Shown here piece after piece: positions 6,914 through 16,853 of a stretch of DNA of 31,599 nucleotides; positions within the stretch are counted from its first letter, which is position 1; each line of letters starts with the position of its first letter. A program made the position numbers and the translations under genes. This stretch comes from a virus: IMG/VR virus record IMGVR_UViG_3300045988_114300, positions 1 to 31,599 of that record; one strand, 5' to 3'. Under the pieces are notes generated by a model. It saw nothing but the letters and a program-made list of their open reading frames with translations. It did no database searches and was not told where the DNA came from.

Positions 6914-8020
6914 ATGCCACGTAAACGTTCTTCATGGGGTTCAAATCAGTCAATGGGTCCTGGGAAACGCAGAATCCGCTATATGGCTGACACGGGAGAC
7001 GGTAGAGGGTTCACAAGACACTCTGAGACCGTCTATGGAACACGCAAACAAGCTGATGAAGTATTAGCGCAAAGACGCATAGAACACAGCCAAGACAAGC
7101 CTGTGCCAACGCTCAGGCAGGCTTATGAAGCGTGGTACCTTCCAGAGTTGCAAGAACAACTGAAGACAGGTGAACTCTCTCAGAACTCATATAAGAACTA
7201 TGTTAGTAGATGGACAAGGCATATAGACCCTATTTGGGGAAGCTTGCCAATCACGGCAATTAAACCTCTTGGAATCCAGGAATGGCTGCTCACTATGACG
7301 CAGGGAATCGCTGAGACATCGCTTATGTTGCTGCGTAAAATCCTCGATAAGTGCGTCATGCTTGAGCTGCTACCAGCAAACCCTGCAAGCGTTACGTATA
7401 GGATGCCTAAGCAATCGAATAAGCGTGATACGGATGTTTACTCGCTTAGTGAACTTTGCGAGGTTTTAGAAGCTCTACGTGGCTCTGTTGCTTATATCCC
7501 AGCTATTCTCTGTGGCATTGGTTCATGCCGTGTTGGTGAGTCATTAGGCGTGAGAAAAGAAAACATCATGTCTTATAAATATGATGGCATGACGCTTGCC
7601 ATTATTGACATTGATACACAAGTAGATAATAACGGAGAAGTACTAAACAAGCTAAAGACGCCACAAAGCAAGAGACCTATAGTCATTCCAGAGCCATGGT
7701 CAAAAGACATTCTCTCAATTGATACAGACTGGCTCACTGATACAGGCTATGGGAAGCCAGTAAGCCAGTAGGTAGTGCGTTATGTATGGAATAGGCTTCT
7801 CAAAGAAAAGAATCTTAAATACATTCCATTTAGAAATCTGCGTAATTCTTGGCGCACTATCATGCGTTGGGAGTTAGGTATAGACTCTGACTATGTTGAG
7901 AAGATGATGGGTCATGCTGGAAAGGGCGTTGGTGAAATACACTATGATCGTCCGCAATGGAGACAGTTTGCGGATGTTGTAGGAGAAACATGGGTTAGAT
8001 ACATGGCAAAGAATAATTAA
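6914..8020 (+). pseudogene. int: tyrosine integrase interrupted by a single in-frame TAG (7769-7771); two ORFs 6914..7771 and 7775..8020 in the same frame
   Basis: The N-terminal ORF carries the arm-binding domain and box I (CRVGESLGV, LKTPQSKRPIVIP). The downstream ORF carries box II (FRNLRNSWRT) and the Tyr region (MGHAGKGVGEIHYDRP). 6914 and 7775 are the same residue mod 3, giving ...KPVSQ*VVRYVW. Confidence 0.7.
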
Positions 8021-8330
8021 TAGTTAGGACATTTTAGGACACGGACAGACATTATATAGTATTTTACCTGGTCTTTTATTCTATCCCCAATACAGGTATA
8101 GTATTGTCTAGTAATGTTTGTATGTTTTATACTATAGTTTACCTGCGATTATGTAAAACGTTAGTTCGCTAAATTGGTGTATTTTATGGAATTAGGACAC
8201 GCAAAGGACACAAAGCAACGTACCTGTTTTGCGCTTTATATTAGCTAGTTTGTGCCTACGTTTCACCAGTTAAACGGCTTGTTGTAAGGCATTTTAAGAC
8301 ACGTAAATTGTGAGTTGGAGTATTTACCCA
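8021..8330. other. putative attP region: AT-rich, TTAGGACA-like direct repeats (8024, 8034, 8192, 8204, 8294) and TTTACCTG repeats (8065, 8141)
   Basis: Lies between int and the end of the late operon. The same-orientation repeats flank a central AT-rich segment, the usual layout of arm-type integrase binding sites. Confidence 0.4.
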
Positions 8331-8331
8331 T

Positions 8332-8364
8332 GAAAAAAGCCCCTCTCGTCAAAACGAGAGGGGT
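8332..8364 (-). terminator. rho-independent terminator after the lysin gene (stem gcccctctcgt/acgagaggggt, loop caaa, U-run)
   Basis: The minus-strand transcript reads ccctctcgttttgacgagaggggCTTTTTT immediately after the lysin TAA stop. Confidence 0.8.
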
Positions 8365-8369
8365 AAATA

Positions 8370-9410
8370 TTACTTAATTCCAGCGATGTATCCATCGTCA
8401 TTGGTTGTGACTGTGATGTCGCCTGTGAGAAGCTTTCCTTCCCTATCGAAGGCACAAATATTGTCTGCTCCGACTTCGTAAAGGCAATCTTCAACTCGTG
8501 AGCCATCGGAGCGTAGATAGTACCAGTCATTATCTAGCTTAAGCCAGCCAGTAATCATGCGGCCTGTCTCGTCAAGGTAATAACGCTTGCCGTCACGCTC
8601 CTGCCAGCCAGTCGCCATGCGCCCGTCAGAGCCTAGCAAATACCAGCTGTCGTTGTATGTGAGCCACTTATCAGCTTCAAGTGCGCCACTATCGTCGAAG
8701 TGCCACCAGCATTTCTCCGAGCCGTCCCAGCTAGCATGAACCCAGCCCGTGAGCATCCAGCCAGACTCGTTGAAGTAGTACCACTTCATGCCTACACGAT
8801 ACCAGCCGACGGCATACTCGCTTGATGACTCGCCTGTCTGATACCACCAACTACCCTTACCGTCAGTATGCCAGCCAATCTCAGAGCTTGAGCGCGCACC
8901 AGTCATAACTTCATACCAGTAACATACACGCTCCATATAGTGAGCGTTCTGAGAGCCGGCTAGCTCGCCAGGGCAAGCGGTTGCCACGATCTGTTTGTGC
9001 GGTCGGACGTTGCCACCCCAACGCGGATAACCAAGTCCGTACTTGATCAAGAGAGCAGCCACAAGATGTGCGCCGCTTTCCTGCGTGGTCTCTGATACCG
9101 TCCAAGGGTTCGCCTGGTCGTTAGCGTGCTCGATAGAGATACTGCGCTGGTTTTCTTCCCAGCGACCAACGGCATAAGCCGTGTCACTCTCGTAGACGTG
9201 CTGCGCGATTGCTCCCTCATTATCTACTGAATAATGCGCACTGACTTCACCATTAGCTGACCACATTGCCGCGATGCTATAAGGCGAAGAGCCAACAGAA
9301 GCCTCATGATGGACAGCAATGTACTCAACCTTATGACCACCGCGTCCTGAAGCGTATGAAGTTGTAGGTGCCCAGATATCCGCAGTAATCTCGCCCGAGA
9401 AATCAGCCAT
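8370..9410 (-). CDS. endolysin: N-acetylmuramoyl-L-alanine amidase (Amidase_2/PGRP) with C-terminal CW_binding_1 (choline-binding-type) repeats
   Basis: Zn ligands VHHEAS ... H ... ATACPGE. C-terminal aromatic repeats GWYRVGMKWYYFNESGWMLTGW, WYLLGSDGRMATGWQERDGKRYYLDETGRMITGWLKLDNDWYYL. Confidence 0.9.
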   Translation of the reverse strand: MADFSGEITADIWAPTTSYASGRGGHKVEYIAVHHEASVGSSPYSIAAMWSANGEVSAHYSVDNEGAIAQHVYESDTAYAVGRWEENQRSISIEHANDQANPWTVSETTQESGAHLVAALLIKYGLGYPRWGGNVRPHKQIVATACPGELAGSQNAHYMERVCYWYEVMTGARSSSEIGWHTDGKGSWWYQTGESSSEYAVGWYRVGMKWYYFNESGWMLTGWVHASWDGSEKCWWHFDDSGALEADKWLTYNDSWYLLGSDGRMATGWQERDGKRYYLDETGRMITGWLKLDNDWYYLRSDGSRVEDCLYEVGADNICAFDREGKLLTGDITVTTNDDGYIAGIK

Positions 9411-9712
9411 TAGTGTACCTCCTCGCCTAAAGGGCTCACACTTGGCTTTGTGTATGTCATCGCACGATCACTATCGCTAATTCCTTTTGTAGTTGGGTCA
9501 ACTGTGACACCGATAGCACCAAGCACCGCCACAATGACTGTGCCAATCAAATAGGGGTTGCTGATGAATTTTACAAACACATCAGCAAGGCTGCCCCAAG
9601 TGGTGAGGTCTGAGTAAGCTAGTCCCAAATATGCCAGGACAGGACTCATAACGATTCCAATCATTCCAAGCCACCACGCGGGGTTGTGTAGACGTACTTT
9701 CCAGTTAATCAT
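9410..9712 (-). CDS. holin (2-3 TM segments, charged C-terminus)
   Basis: 100 aa, TM segments WWLGMIGIVMSPVLAYLGLAY and YLIGTVIVAVLGAIGVTV. ATGA overlap with the lysin start. Confidence 0.75.
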   Translation of the reverse strand: MINWKVRLHNPAWWLGMIGIVMSPVLAYLGLAYSDLTTWGSLADVFVKFISNPYLIGTVIVAVLGAIGVTVDPTTKGISDSDRAMTYTKPSVSPLGEEVH

Positions 9713-9723
9713 TTGTTGCTCCT

Positions 9724-10101
9724 TTACTTCTCAAGTCTAGTGATGCGCGAGTCTAGATTTCTTACGTCGGTTTTGACCTCTGCGAGGTCTGTTGCTGCTT
9801 TTTTTGAGACTTCGTCCGCCCTTCGCGCCACAATGCCGACCACAGAAAGCTCAGCTGTGTGCTGCGTGAGTGTGGCGGTTAAATCTGAGAGCGATTGCTG
9901 ATACTTGCTCAGTTGCTCATTCATGACTTGTTGGCGCGTCTCTAAGCGTGTCAGGGTATTAGTTATGCTGCCCTTCCAAGCGTCTTCTTTCTCTTTGTCC
10001 TCTCTACTAGCACGTTGCCAGTTTGAGATGGCAATGAGACCACCCAGGAACGCTCCAGCAATGGAGATAAAGAAGGAGACCATCTCAGCTGTAATGTTCA
10101 T
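9724..10101 (-). CDS. membrane-anchored coiled-coil protein, lysis-cassette associated (XhlA-like?)
   Basis: N-terminal TM MVSFFISIAGAFLGGLIAISNW followed by a long coiled coil. Sits immediately upstream of the holin. Confidence 0.35.
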   Translation of the reverse strand: MNITAEMVSFFISIAGAFLGGLIAISNWQRASREDKEKEDAWKGSITNTLTRLETRQQVMNEQLSKYQQSLSDLTATLTQHTAELSVVGIVARRADEVSKKAATDLAEVKTDVRNLDSRITRLEK

Positions 10102-10111
10102 GCTGCCCTCC

Positions 10112-10990
10112 TTAATGCCTTACCGTAAACGTGAGAGAGCCTTGTCGCCAGGCGTTAGAGACTTTTCCGCCTTGGTCTTGAAGGTAAATGTTGCCGTCAG
10201 GTCTCGCTGAGATAGCAGTAATAACGTCAGCGTGTCCAGGGCAAATACCTGAGTCATAGACGATTGACTCATTGCCGTCTGTGGCTGAACCATATTTCTC
10301 GTGATCTACAAGAGGAGGTCTTGAGTTTTCTGGAAGCGTAAATGGGCAACGGACAGCGTCGTAAGAAATATTGTTAGCCAACCAACCTCGAACCTTAATG
10401 GTTACAGAATCACCAGTACGGTAGATGTGCCAGAAGTTGTTGTAGCTGCCTTGTGGTTGCAGGTAGATTACGTCAAAGTCAGTGTCAGACTGCTTCTTGT
10501 CGTCTCCAAGAACGTTGATAGTAGGCAGCAGAGATACGGGCTCACCAACAGTAATGCCGTTGATTGGTAGACGGTAGAGGGGCATGCAAGCTGTAGTAGA
10601 TCCTGAGAGAATGTCACCCTTTACGTAGGTTGGGTCTACCGGATTGCCTTGATTAGTCGGTGTGCCCTGGATAACCTCACAGGTAAACTTCTCTACACCG
10701 CCAACCTGCTTAGAGTACTTCAGTACGACCAAGTCATTGCGTTTGTATCCGGCACGACCATTAGCAACGTTAAGCTCAAAAGGCTCCTCATTAGTTACCA
10801 TGCGAGCGTCAAAGAGCACGTCACCTGTGTCAATACGAACCCTGTTGGCAGTCTGCATGGCAGCCTTGATTTGATTCTGTGTCTGCAAGATACCACGCAC
10901 AGAGCCAGCCACACCAGCAATAAGTCTGCCAATCTGTGGGGCTGTAATGTGGTCCTTGCCCTGGAATGAAATAACGCCATCGAAAGCCAT
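10112..10990 (-). CDS. putative receptor-binding / tail fibre protein
   Basis: 292 aa, placed between Tal and the lysis cassette. No confident motif. Confidence 0.4.
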   Translation of the reverse strand: MAFDGVISFQGKDHITAPQIGRLIAGVAGSVRGILQTQNQIKAAMQTANRVRIDTGDVLFDARMVTNEEPFELNVANGRAGYKRNDLVVLKYSKQVGGVEKFTCEVIQGTPTNQGNPVDPTYVKGDILSGSTTACMPLYRLPINGITVGEPVSLLPTINVLGDDKKQSDTDFDVIYLQPQGSYNNFWHIYRTGDSVTIKVRGWLANNISYDAVRCPFTLPENSRPPLVDHEKYGSATDGNESIVYDSGICPGHADVITAISARPDGNIYLQDQGGKVSNAWRQGSLTFTVRH

Positions 10991-11218
10991 TTAACCCTCC
11001 TTTACCATGAATTGAGCGAACTCTTCATCACGCTTACGTGCGAGCTCACGATACTTTGCAGCACAGTCAGGGCAGAGAAGGTAACTCTGCTGCACGCCGT
11101 CTGCTGATACTCTGCTTATGCTTTTCCATTGCGATGTTGCAAAGTCACTTTCAAGTAGAAAGGCTTCTTTCTTGCATCTGTCGCATTGAAAGCGTGCAAA
11201 GCCACTTGTTTTTGCCAT
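10991..11218 (-). CDS. small Cys4 zinc-ribbon protein (CDRC...CPDC), translationally coupled to Tal (TAATG)
   Basis: Internal start MAKTSGFARFQCDRCKK at 11216-11218 overlaps the Tal stop at 11218-11220. Confidence 0.45.
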   Translation of the reverse strand: MAKTSGFARFQCDRCKKEAFLLESDFATSQWKSISRVSADGVQQSYLLCPDCAAKYRELARKRDEEFAQFMVKEG

Positions 11219-12978
11219 TAAGCTGTCCTTTCCCATTTGAAGCAGCCAAGAGAAGGTAGTTGTTGCCATCTACCTCCGTAGTTTGATTGCGGGTTAACAA
11301 ATGAAGTTGTCTCAATCACAGAACCAACAGGGAAAGATGGTGTGGTTGCACCGCCTTGAGTTGCTCCCTGAACGTTGATAGTCACGTCACTAGATCCGTC
11401 AAATGAAGCGGTACCACTCACAGAGCCAACCAGCTTGATGGTGCGTGGCTGTGAGAGCTTCTTAGCAGCGTTAGCGTCACCGCCTGGAGTAGATGCGCCA
11501 GCGTATGGGTGAGTGTGGTTTGCAGGAGCTGCACCAACTTCTTGTGCTGTGTATGTTGGCTTTGCAGGAAGCTTTACTGTATGCGCCTGAGCGTCTGTAA
11601 CGTGCCCTAAAGCGTTCACATTGACCGTTGCGCCTAATTGGACTGTGCTACCCCAAGAAGCGTCTATATCGCTCTCAGAGCCGTATGTGCCAGCGGTCAC
11701 ACTAGAAGGCTCATGAGTAAGAGCGACTGTGCCACCTGTGCGCTGAGCCTTGAGGGGTGTTGTTGCTGTAACTTCTGCCACTTTAGAGTCAACCTGCAGT
11801 GTTGCTCTGCCAATCTCACTAGCTGAATCTGTTGCAACTTTACGGGCTTCATTTACTTTGTTCTCAAGGCTCTTGAAGTCTGCTCTTGATACTTCTGCAG
11901 AGATGGTGCGTCCAGCGATGGAGATACCAGTACCGGCTGTGTATGAGCTTGATACTGCGCCTGAGCCTGTGGAAGAACCGCGCTCAGCTGTGCCAGATGA
12001 AGAAGTGTTGCTAGCAGTACCGCCAACCTTGTAACTAATGCTTACCTCGGTATCTGTGACAATAATGACTTTGGTACCAACGGTTGCTGTAACGTGTAGA
12101 CCAGTCACAGGATCTATGCCAGGGACGATGTCTCCAATTCCGAACTCTTCATCATCATCAAGTGTGACGTTAATTGAGTCAGCAGCTTGATACTCTTTAA
12201 GCTTCTTAGGACCGTCTTTTTCCAGCTCTTCACGACTTGCATTGGTGTAGTTGTATGTGGTCGTGCGCTCATCAATGCCAAAGAGTGTCTGTGTAGTGGA
12301 GATGTTTCCTCGCTCGTCTGCGTAGAAGTGCAACACAATACGGTTCTTAAGCTCACCAGAGCCAAGGCAGATAAGATGGTTGTAAGGTCTTACAACACTC
12401 TTAATAGTCACGTCAGAATGTTCTGCGTCTGCGCCGTCAGTCCAGTCTGTAATGGGCTTTACCGAAAGTACAATCATGCGCTCAATGGAGTCATACTCAA
12501 TGTTGAGACGTGATGAAGAGTCAGCAAGCATCTTTCTGATGCCCGTCCAAGCATCACAGTACCTGTCGAAGGTGTACTTAACGGTAATGCCAGAAGTTTC
12601 TTCTGAGACTTTGAACTGGTTAGTAAGTCCCAGACGCTGAACAAGCTGCTTTAGAACTCCGTGAGCTTCACCACGAACACTGAGATAATCTTCTCCGCTT
12701 GGTGGTTCAAGGACCTTATCTCTAATGATTCCTTGCCATGATCTACCAATATACGTAATTGTGTTGTTGCCTGAATTGGACTCTCGTGCGTCAACCACAC
12801 CGCCCCACTCAGTGCCTTCAACATAGACGTATGCGCCATCATCGAGACGCTGCTCAGAGTCAATGTCGAGTGTAAGCTCAAAGTCGTTACCCGTGTCTCC
12901 ATATTCCAGGTCAAGGCGTGCCCCTTTGAGCGCGCCAATATCGAGATGCGTTGCGTCTGTGTAGCTAATATCTGGCAT
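11218..12978 (-). CDS. tail-associated lysin / tail tip protein (Tal, prophage tail endopeptidase family)
   Basis: 586 aa, immediately after Dit. TMP-Dit-Tal order. Gly/Ser/Thr-rich collagen-like C-terminal half. Confidence 0.6.
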   Translation of the reverse strand: MPDISYTDATHLDIGALKGARLDLEYGDTGNDFELTLDIDSEQRLDDGAYVYVEGTEWGGVVDARESNSGNNTITYIGRSWQGIIRDKVLEPPSGEDYLSVRGEAHGVLKQLVQRLGLTNQFKVSEETSGITVKYTFDRYCDAWTGIRKMLADSSSRLNIEYDSIERMIVLSVKPITDWTDGADAEHSDVTIKSVVRPYNHLICLGSGELKNRIVLHFYADERGNISTTQTLFGIDERTTTYNYTNASREELEKDGPKKLKEYQAADSINVTLDDDEEFGIGDIVPGIDPVTGLHVTATVGTKVIIVTDTEVSISYKVGGTASNTSSSGTAERGSSTGSGAVSSSYTAGTGISIAGRTISAEVSRADFKSLENKVNEARKVATDSASEIGRATLQVDSKVAEVTATTPLKAQRTGGTVALTHEPSSVTAGTYGSESDIDASWGSTVQLGATVNVNALGHVTDAQAHTVKLPAKPTYTAQEVGAAPANHTHPYAGASTPGGDANAAKKLSQPRTIKLVGSVSGTASFDGSSDVTINVQGATQGGATTPSFPVGSVIETTSFVNPQSNYGGRWQQLPSLGCFKWERTA

Positions 12979-13919
12979 TATGCACTCACCTCACTAGGTA
13001 CGCTCTGAGTGCTTACCGCCCTTGGTGTGCGAGTCTCACCCTGTTGCTGCTCTTTCTCGTATGGAGGTGTAGAGCGCGTCTCATAGAGCGTAAGGTCAAA
13101 GTCAAAGGTGTTATCCCACGTAATGTCATCGGTGCCCGGTTTGATTGGCTCGAAAAGATACGAGCCGGAGCCGTGAGCCCCGCGCTCTCGGAACTTATAA
13201 ACGTTCTCACGGGTACCGTTATCCTGCACAACAACAGCGGTCTTACTCTGTGAGTCAACCTCAAGATATGCACCAGCTGCAATAGTAGTGTTTACCTTGT
13301 GCAGGTTTTCACCAATTCTGATGTATGGGTTGGTTGCAGGACCATAGACACGCCAAAGCCAAGGAGAAGCACTCTTAGAAGGGTTAGTAAATGACTTAGC
13401 TGGCTTACCCTGGACAAGGTCAAAGGGGAAGTCTCTTGGGAAGTCAGGCTTAACACCAGCAACAGCACCGGCGGTCTCATGCTCAAAGTAGAGCGTTGTT
13501 GCCTTAAACCATGTAGGGTCTTCGACAAGAATCGTTAAAACAAACTCTGCGAACTTGTCAGAGAGCCAGTAGTTAGTAGGAGCTCCGCCAATAATGTAGC
13601 AACGGATACCCCAAGAGCCTACTGTGAGCGTTCCTGGAGTGCGGTTTAAGATGTCCTTCTCGCCAAGCTCAATAATCTTATTACGGAGCTCTAAGCCTTC
13701 TTCATCGCTCTCAGCAGCAATGCCAACAGGGAACTTGATTGTTTTGGGCTTATGATCGCGTCGTCTGAATGACGTAATTCTGCTGGAGTTCTTGCCTGAT
13801 GTGTATGACCACATCCAGTCTCTGAGTTCGTGTTCCATGTAGTGGAGGGACTTGTCAGCCCCTCCAAACTCCATGTACTTACTACCGTCAGAGGTTGTGT
13901 ATCTAATGTCTGTGCGCAT
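12978..13919 (-). CDS. distal tail protein (Dit, Sipho_tail family)
   Basis: 313 aa, directly downstream of TMP with TAATG coupling at both ends (12976-12980, 13917-13921). Confidence 0.55.
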   Translation of the reverse strand: MRTDIRYTTSDGSKYMEFGGADKSLHYMEHELRDWMWSYTSGKNSSRITSFRRRDHKPKTIKFPVGIAAESDEEGLELRNKIIELGEKDILNRTPGTLTVGSWGIRCYIIGGAPTNYWLSDKFAEFVLTILVEDPTWFKATTLYFEHETAGAVAGVKPDFPRDFPFDLVQGKPAKSFTNPSKSASPWLWRVYGPATNPYIRIGENLHKVNTTIAAGAYLEVDSQSKTAVVVQDNGTRENVYKFRERGAHGSGSYLFEPIKPGTDDITWDNTFDFDLTLYETRSTPPYEKEQQQGETRTPRAVSTQSVPSEVSA

Positions 13920-16837
13920 TATGCGCTCACCTCTCTTATCATGCGACCAAATTCACGGTTGTTCACGTCAACTCTTACAGGCTTGCCGTATGCGTCCTCA
14001 ATGCGCTTAGTCATGACATCCATCTGTGCTGAGAGATCTGCAATGGCTTGGTTGGTATCTGCGTAGATGCCATTAGCCACAAGAGATGCAGTCATATCCA
14101 TTTGTTTGTTAATAGGGACATTGAGTGCATAGCCATCAACGCCACTCTGAGCAGCTTCTGCGAGGTCTTGCGCTGCCTTGTAAACGTCTCTTTTACCGCC
14201 AGCAATACCGACAACAAAGCCATCTACTGTGTAGCCACCAAGACCTGCCATGACACGCGATGGCGAGTGAATACCAAGCAGTGCTTTGACCGCACCAACA
14301 ACGCCGTTAAAGACTCCACAGACTTGGTCTACTACCCAGCCAGCAAGTCCAGACACGCCATTTACAAAGCCTTGGATGAATGCACGTCCTGCACTGCCAA
14401 GGTCAAAGCTTGTGATGGCGTTCTTGGCTTGGTTGAGCAGATTCCCAACCGCTCCAAGCAAGCTGCCAATAATTTGCGGAACAGCTGCGACAATGGCTGT
14501 AAAGAGCGTTACAGCTGCACCAAGGAGCATTCCAATAAACGTTGGAAGATTGGAGACAACGGTACCAATGAGGTTGCCAACGTTGCCAATGAGTCCTGGA
14601 AGAATGACAGGGATAGCGTTAACGATTGCCACAAAGAGGTCCACTGCAGCTGAGAGCAACGTTCCAACAAAGCCAGGAAGTCCTGTAATGAATACATCAA
14701 TAATTTGTGGTAGGGCTGCTGCTAGTGTTGGAATGATTGCTACAACGCCATCAACAAGAGCCATAAACAGCCCTTGCGCTGCTTCAAAGAGTGCTGGAGC
14801 ATTAGCAACAAAGCCATCAACAAGACCTTGCAGGATCTGTGGAGCTGCTTCTGCAAGCTGTCCTGCAACCTCAGTAAGTGCTTGCAAGATAAAGGTGAAC
14901 GCCTGCATTGCTCCTGCCATGAGAGAAGGCGCAGAAGCCACGAGAATGTCACAGATTGCACCAGCTGCAGCCCCGACTGCTTCCAGTAGTCCTGGAGCAA
15001 TCTGTTGCCATGCTGCGCCCATCTGCCCGAAGAGAACCTCGAATGCGTGTGCCAGCGTTGGACCTGCAGAAGCAAGACCAGAAGCAACCTGTGGAAGCAC
15101 CGAGCTGATTTGAGACGCAAGTCCAGGAATTGTGTCAGCAATACCAACAATATTGCTTGCGATATTTGCTGCTGCCTGTGTGATGTCTCCGCCCATAGCA
15201 ACAAAGGCTGTACCGGCTACCGCTGCAGCGATTGAGAGCACACCAAGCACCACAGTTGCGCTGCCAAAGCCAGAAACAAGGTTTGCAACCACGCCCATAG
15301 CTGGCTGCACTGCTCCTAGAAGCTTAGGTCCTAAGCCTGTGAGTGCAGGTCCTAGAACGCCCGCGATAGCATTGCCAACGCCACCAAGCTTGGCAGCAAT
15401 CGGAGCAGCAAAGGCAGAGACTGCGCTTCCAGCCTTAGAGAGAGCAGAAGTGACAGGGCTCATGAACTGAGCCACATTACCGCCAACAGTTGCCAGCACG
15501 CTCTGCGCGTTTCTCGCAATGGATGTGAGATGTAGCGTTGCAGTTGCTGCCATGCTCTTGAATGTAGACTGCGCAGCAGAGACAATGGATACAAGCTTGT
15601 TCTTAATGGGGCTGTTGAGACCGCTGAAAGCCTTTACAAGCTTGTCTCTGAACTCCCAAGCGTAAAGAATTGCAGTCTCCAGTTTGTCCTGGACTGTTGC
15701 AGCGATTGCGCCAAAGAATGACTTAAAGCCTGTGCTTAGCCCTGCAACGGTAGAGAGTGTGCCAGGAACAATGCCCTTGATGACTGTTAGACCATTTGCA
15801 ACAACGTTTGAAGCCTTGGAGAACACTCCAAGCATCTTGCCGGCTGTCTTCATTGACTTACCAATGACAAGAAGCAAAGGACCAGTGCCAGCGAGCATTC
15901 CAATAGACTTTGCAATGGTCTGAATGTCTGAAGCTGACATCTGGCTGATTGCATTAGCTGCGTTGGTTGCCATAGAAGCCAGAGCTTCCATACCACGCTC
16001 AAAGAGTGGCATAAGTGACTCAACAAGCTTCTGAATTGGGTCTGCCAGCTTGGAGAGCGCGTCTGTCATCTTCTTGTAGCTATCAGTCTGGTACATCTTC
16101 ATGATGGTTGCGGTTGCTGCGTCAGAAAGGTTTGAGAGCACGCCAGTAAGTGTTCTGGACTGCTTAATCATGAGACCGCCAAAGTCACCCTGCATACCAG
16201 CCCTGATTGCTGCGATTGCCACATCAGCACTGACTGCTTTCTTGGTGACCATCTCCATTGCGCCAGCAACGTCTGTATGTAGTGCCTTTGCGAGATACTC
16301 CCAAGCAGGAATACCAACCTCAGTAAGCTGCATCATCTCCTGTGAAGCTGCAGTACCTTTACCGTGCATCTGACCTAATGCACGAGTGATAGCGTCAATT
16401 CCTTGCTGTCCAGCACCTAATGCTGCAGTTGCGTTGCCAACGTCTGTAAGCATGGGGATGACATCATCAGCAGCAAATCCATAAGCGAGCATCTGCTGAG
16501 TTGCCTTGTTAAGACCTGCCATCTCAAACGGCGTAGTCTTTGCAAACTCAACTAGATCAGCAATCATCTTCTTGGCACGCTCAGGACCAAGCATGGTGTT
16601 AAAAGCAATGTCTACTTGCTCAGCGTTTGCTGCGGTCTGACTTGCCCACCTAGCAGCCTTGACACCTGCAATAGCAAGGGGAGCGGTAATTGCAGCGGTA
16701 AGTACGGTGCCCGCTTTTGAGAAGCCACTGCCAAGGCTTGAAATTGCCTTAGAAGTCGTATCTGTGAGCTTGGAAACCTCGCTGGCGAACTTGGAAGAGT
16801 CACCTAAAATCTCAATGACTACTTTTCCATCTGCCAA
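13919..16837 (-). CDS. tape measure protein
   Basis: 972 aa, Ala/Gly-rich with repeated hydrophobic segments and an N-terminal coiled coil. Located downstream of the chaperone pair. Confidence 0.9.
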   Translation of the reverse strand: MADGKVVIEILGDSSKFASEVSKLTDTTSKAISSLGSGFSKAGTVLTAAITAPLAIAGVKAARWASQTAANAEQVDIAFNTMLGPERAKKMIADLVEFAKTTPFEMAGLNKATQQMLAYGFAADDVIPMLTDVGNATAALGAGQQGIDAITRALGQMHGKGTAASQEMMQLTEVGIPAWEYLAKALHTDVAGAMEMVTKKAVSADVAIAAIRAGMQGDFGGLMIKQSRTLTGVLSNLSDAATATIMKMYQTDSYKKMTDALSKLADPIQKLVESLMPLFERGMEALASMATNAANAISQMSASDIQTIAKSIGMLAGTGPLLLVIGKSMKTAGKMLGVFSKASNVVANGLTVIKGIVPGTLSTVAGLSTGFKSFFGAIAATVQDKLETAILYAWEFRDKLVKAFSGLNSPIKNKLVSIVSAAQSTFKSMAATATLHLTSIARNAQSVLATVGGNVAQFMSPVTSALSKAGSAVSAFAAPIAAKLGGVGNAIAGVLGPALTGLGPKLLGAVQPAMGVVANLVSGFGSATVVLGVLSIAAAVAGTAFVAMGGDITQAAANIASNIVGIADTIPGLASQISSVLPQVASGLASAGPTLAHAFEVLFGQMGAAWQQIAPGLLEAVGAAAGAICDILVASAPSLMAGAMQAFTFILQALTEVAGQLAEAAPQILQGLVDGFVANAPALFEAAQGLFMALVDGVVAIIPTLAAALPQIIDVFITGLPGFVGTLLSAAVDLFVAIVNAIPVILPGLIGNVGNLIGTVVSNLPTFIGMLLGAAVTLFTAIVAAVPQIIGSLLGAVGNLLNQAKNAITSFDLGSAGRAFIQGFVNGVSGLAGWVVDQVCGVFNGVVGAVKALLGIHSPSRVMAGLGGYTVDGFVVGIAGGKRDVYKAAQDLAEAAQSGVDGYALNVPINKQMDMTASLVANGIYADTNQAIADLSAQMDVMTKRIEDAYGKPVRVDVNNREFGRMIREVSA

Positions 16838-16853
16838 ATTGACCTCCTAGAAG

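Noticed and set aside
6914-8020. Treating the two integrase ORFs as separate genuine genes
   Set aside because: Catalytic motifs of a single tyrosine recombinase are split across them, and they share one frame with a single intervening TAG.
14048-15470. Long plus-strand ORFs (201, 275, 112 aa) antisense to the tape measure gene
   Set aside because: They lie entirely within the 972-aa TMP ORF. Ala/Gly-rich GC-biased codons typically give stop-free antisense frames. No RBS or context.
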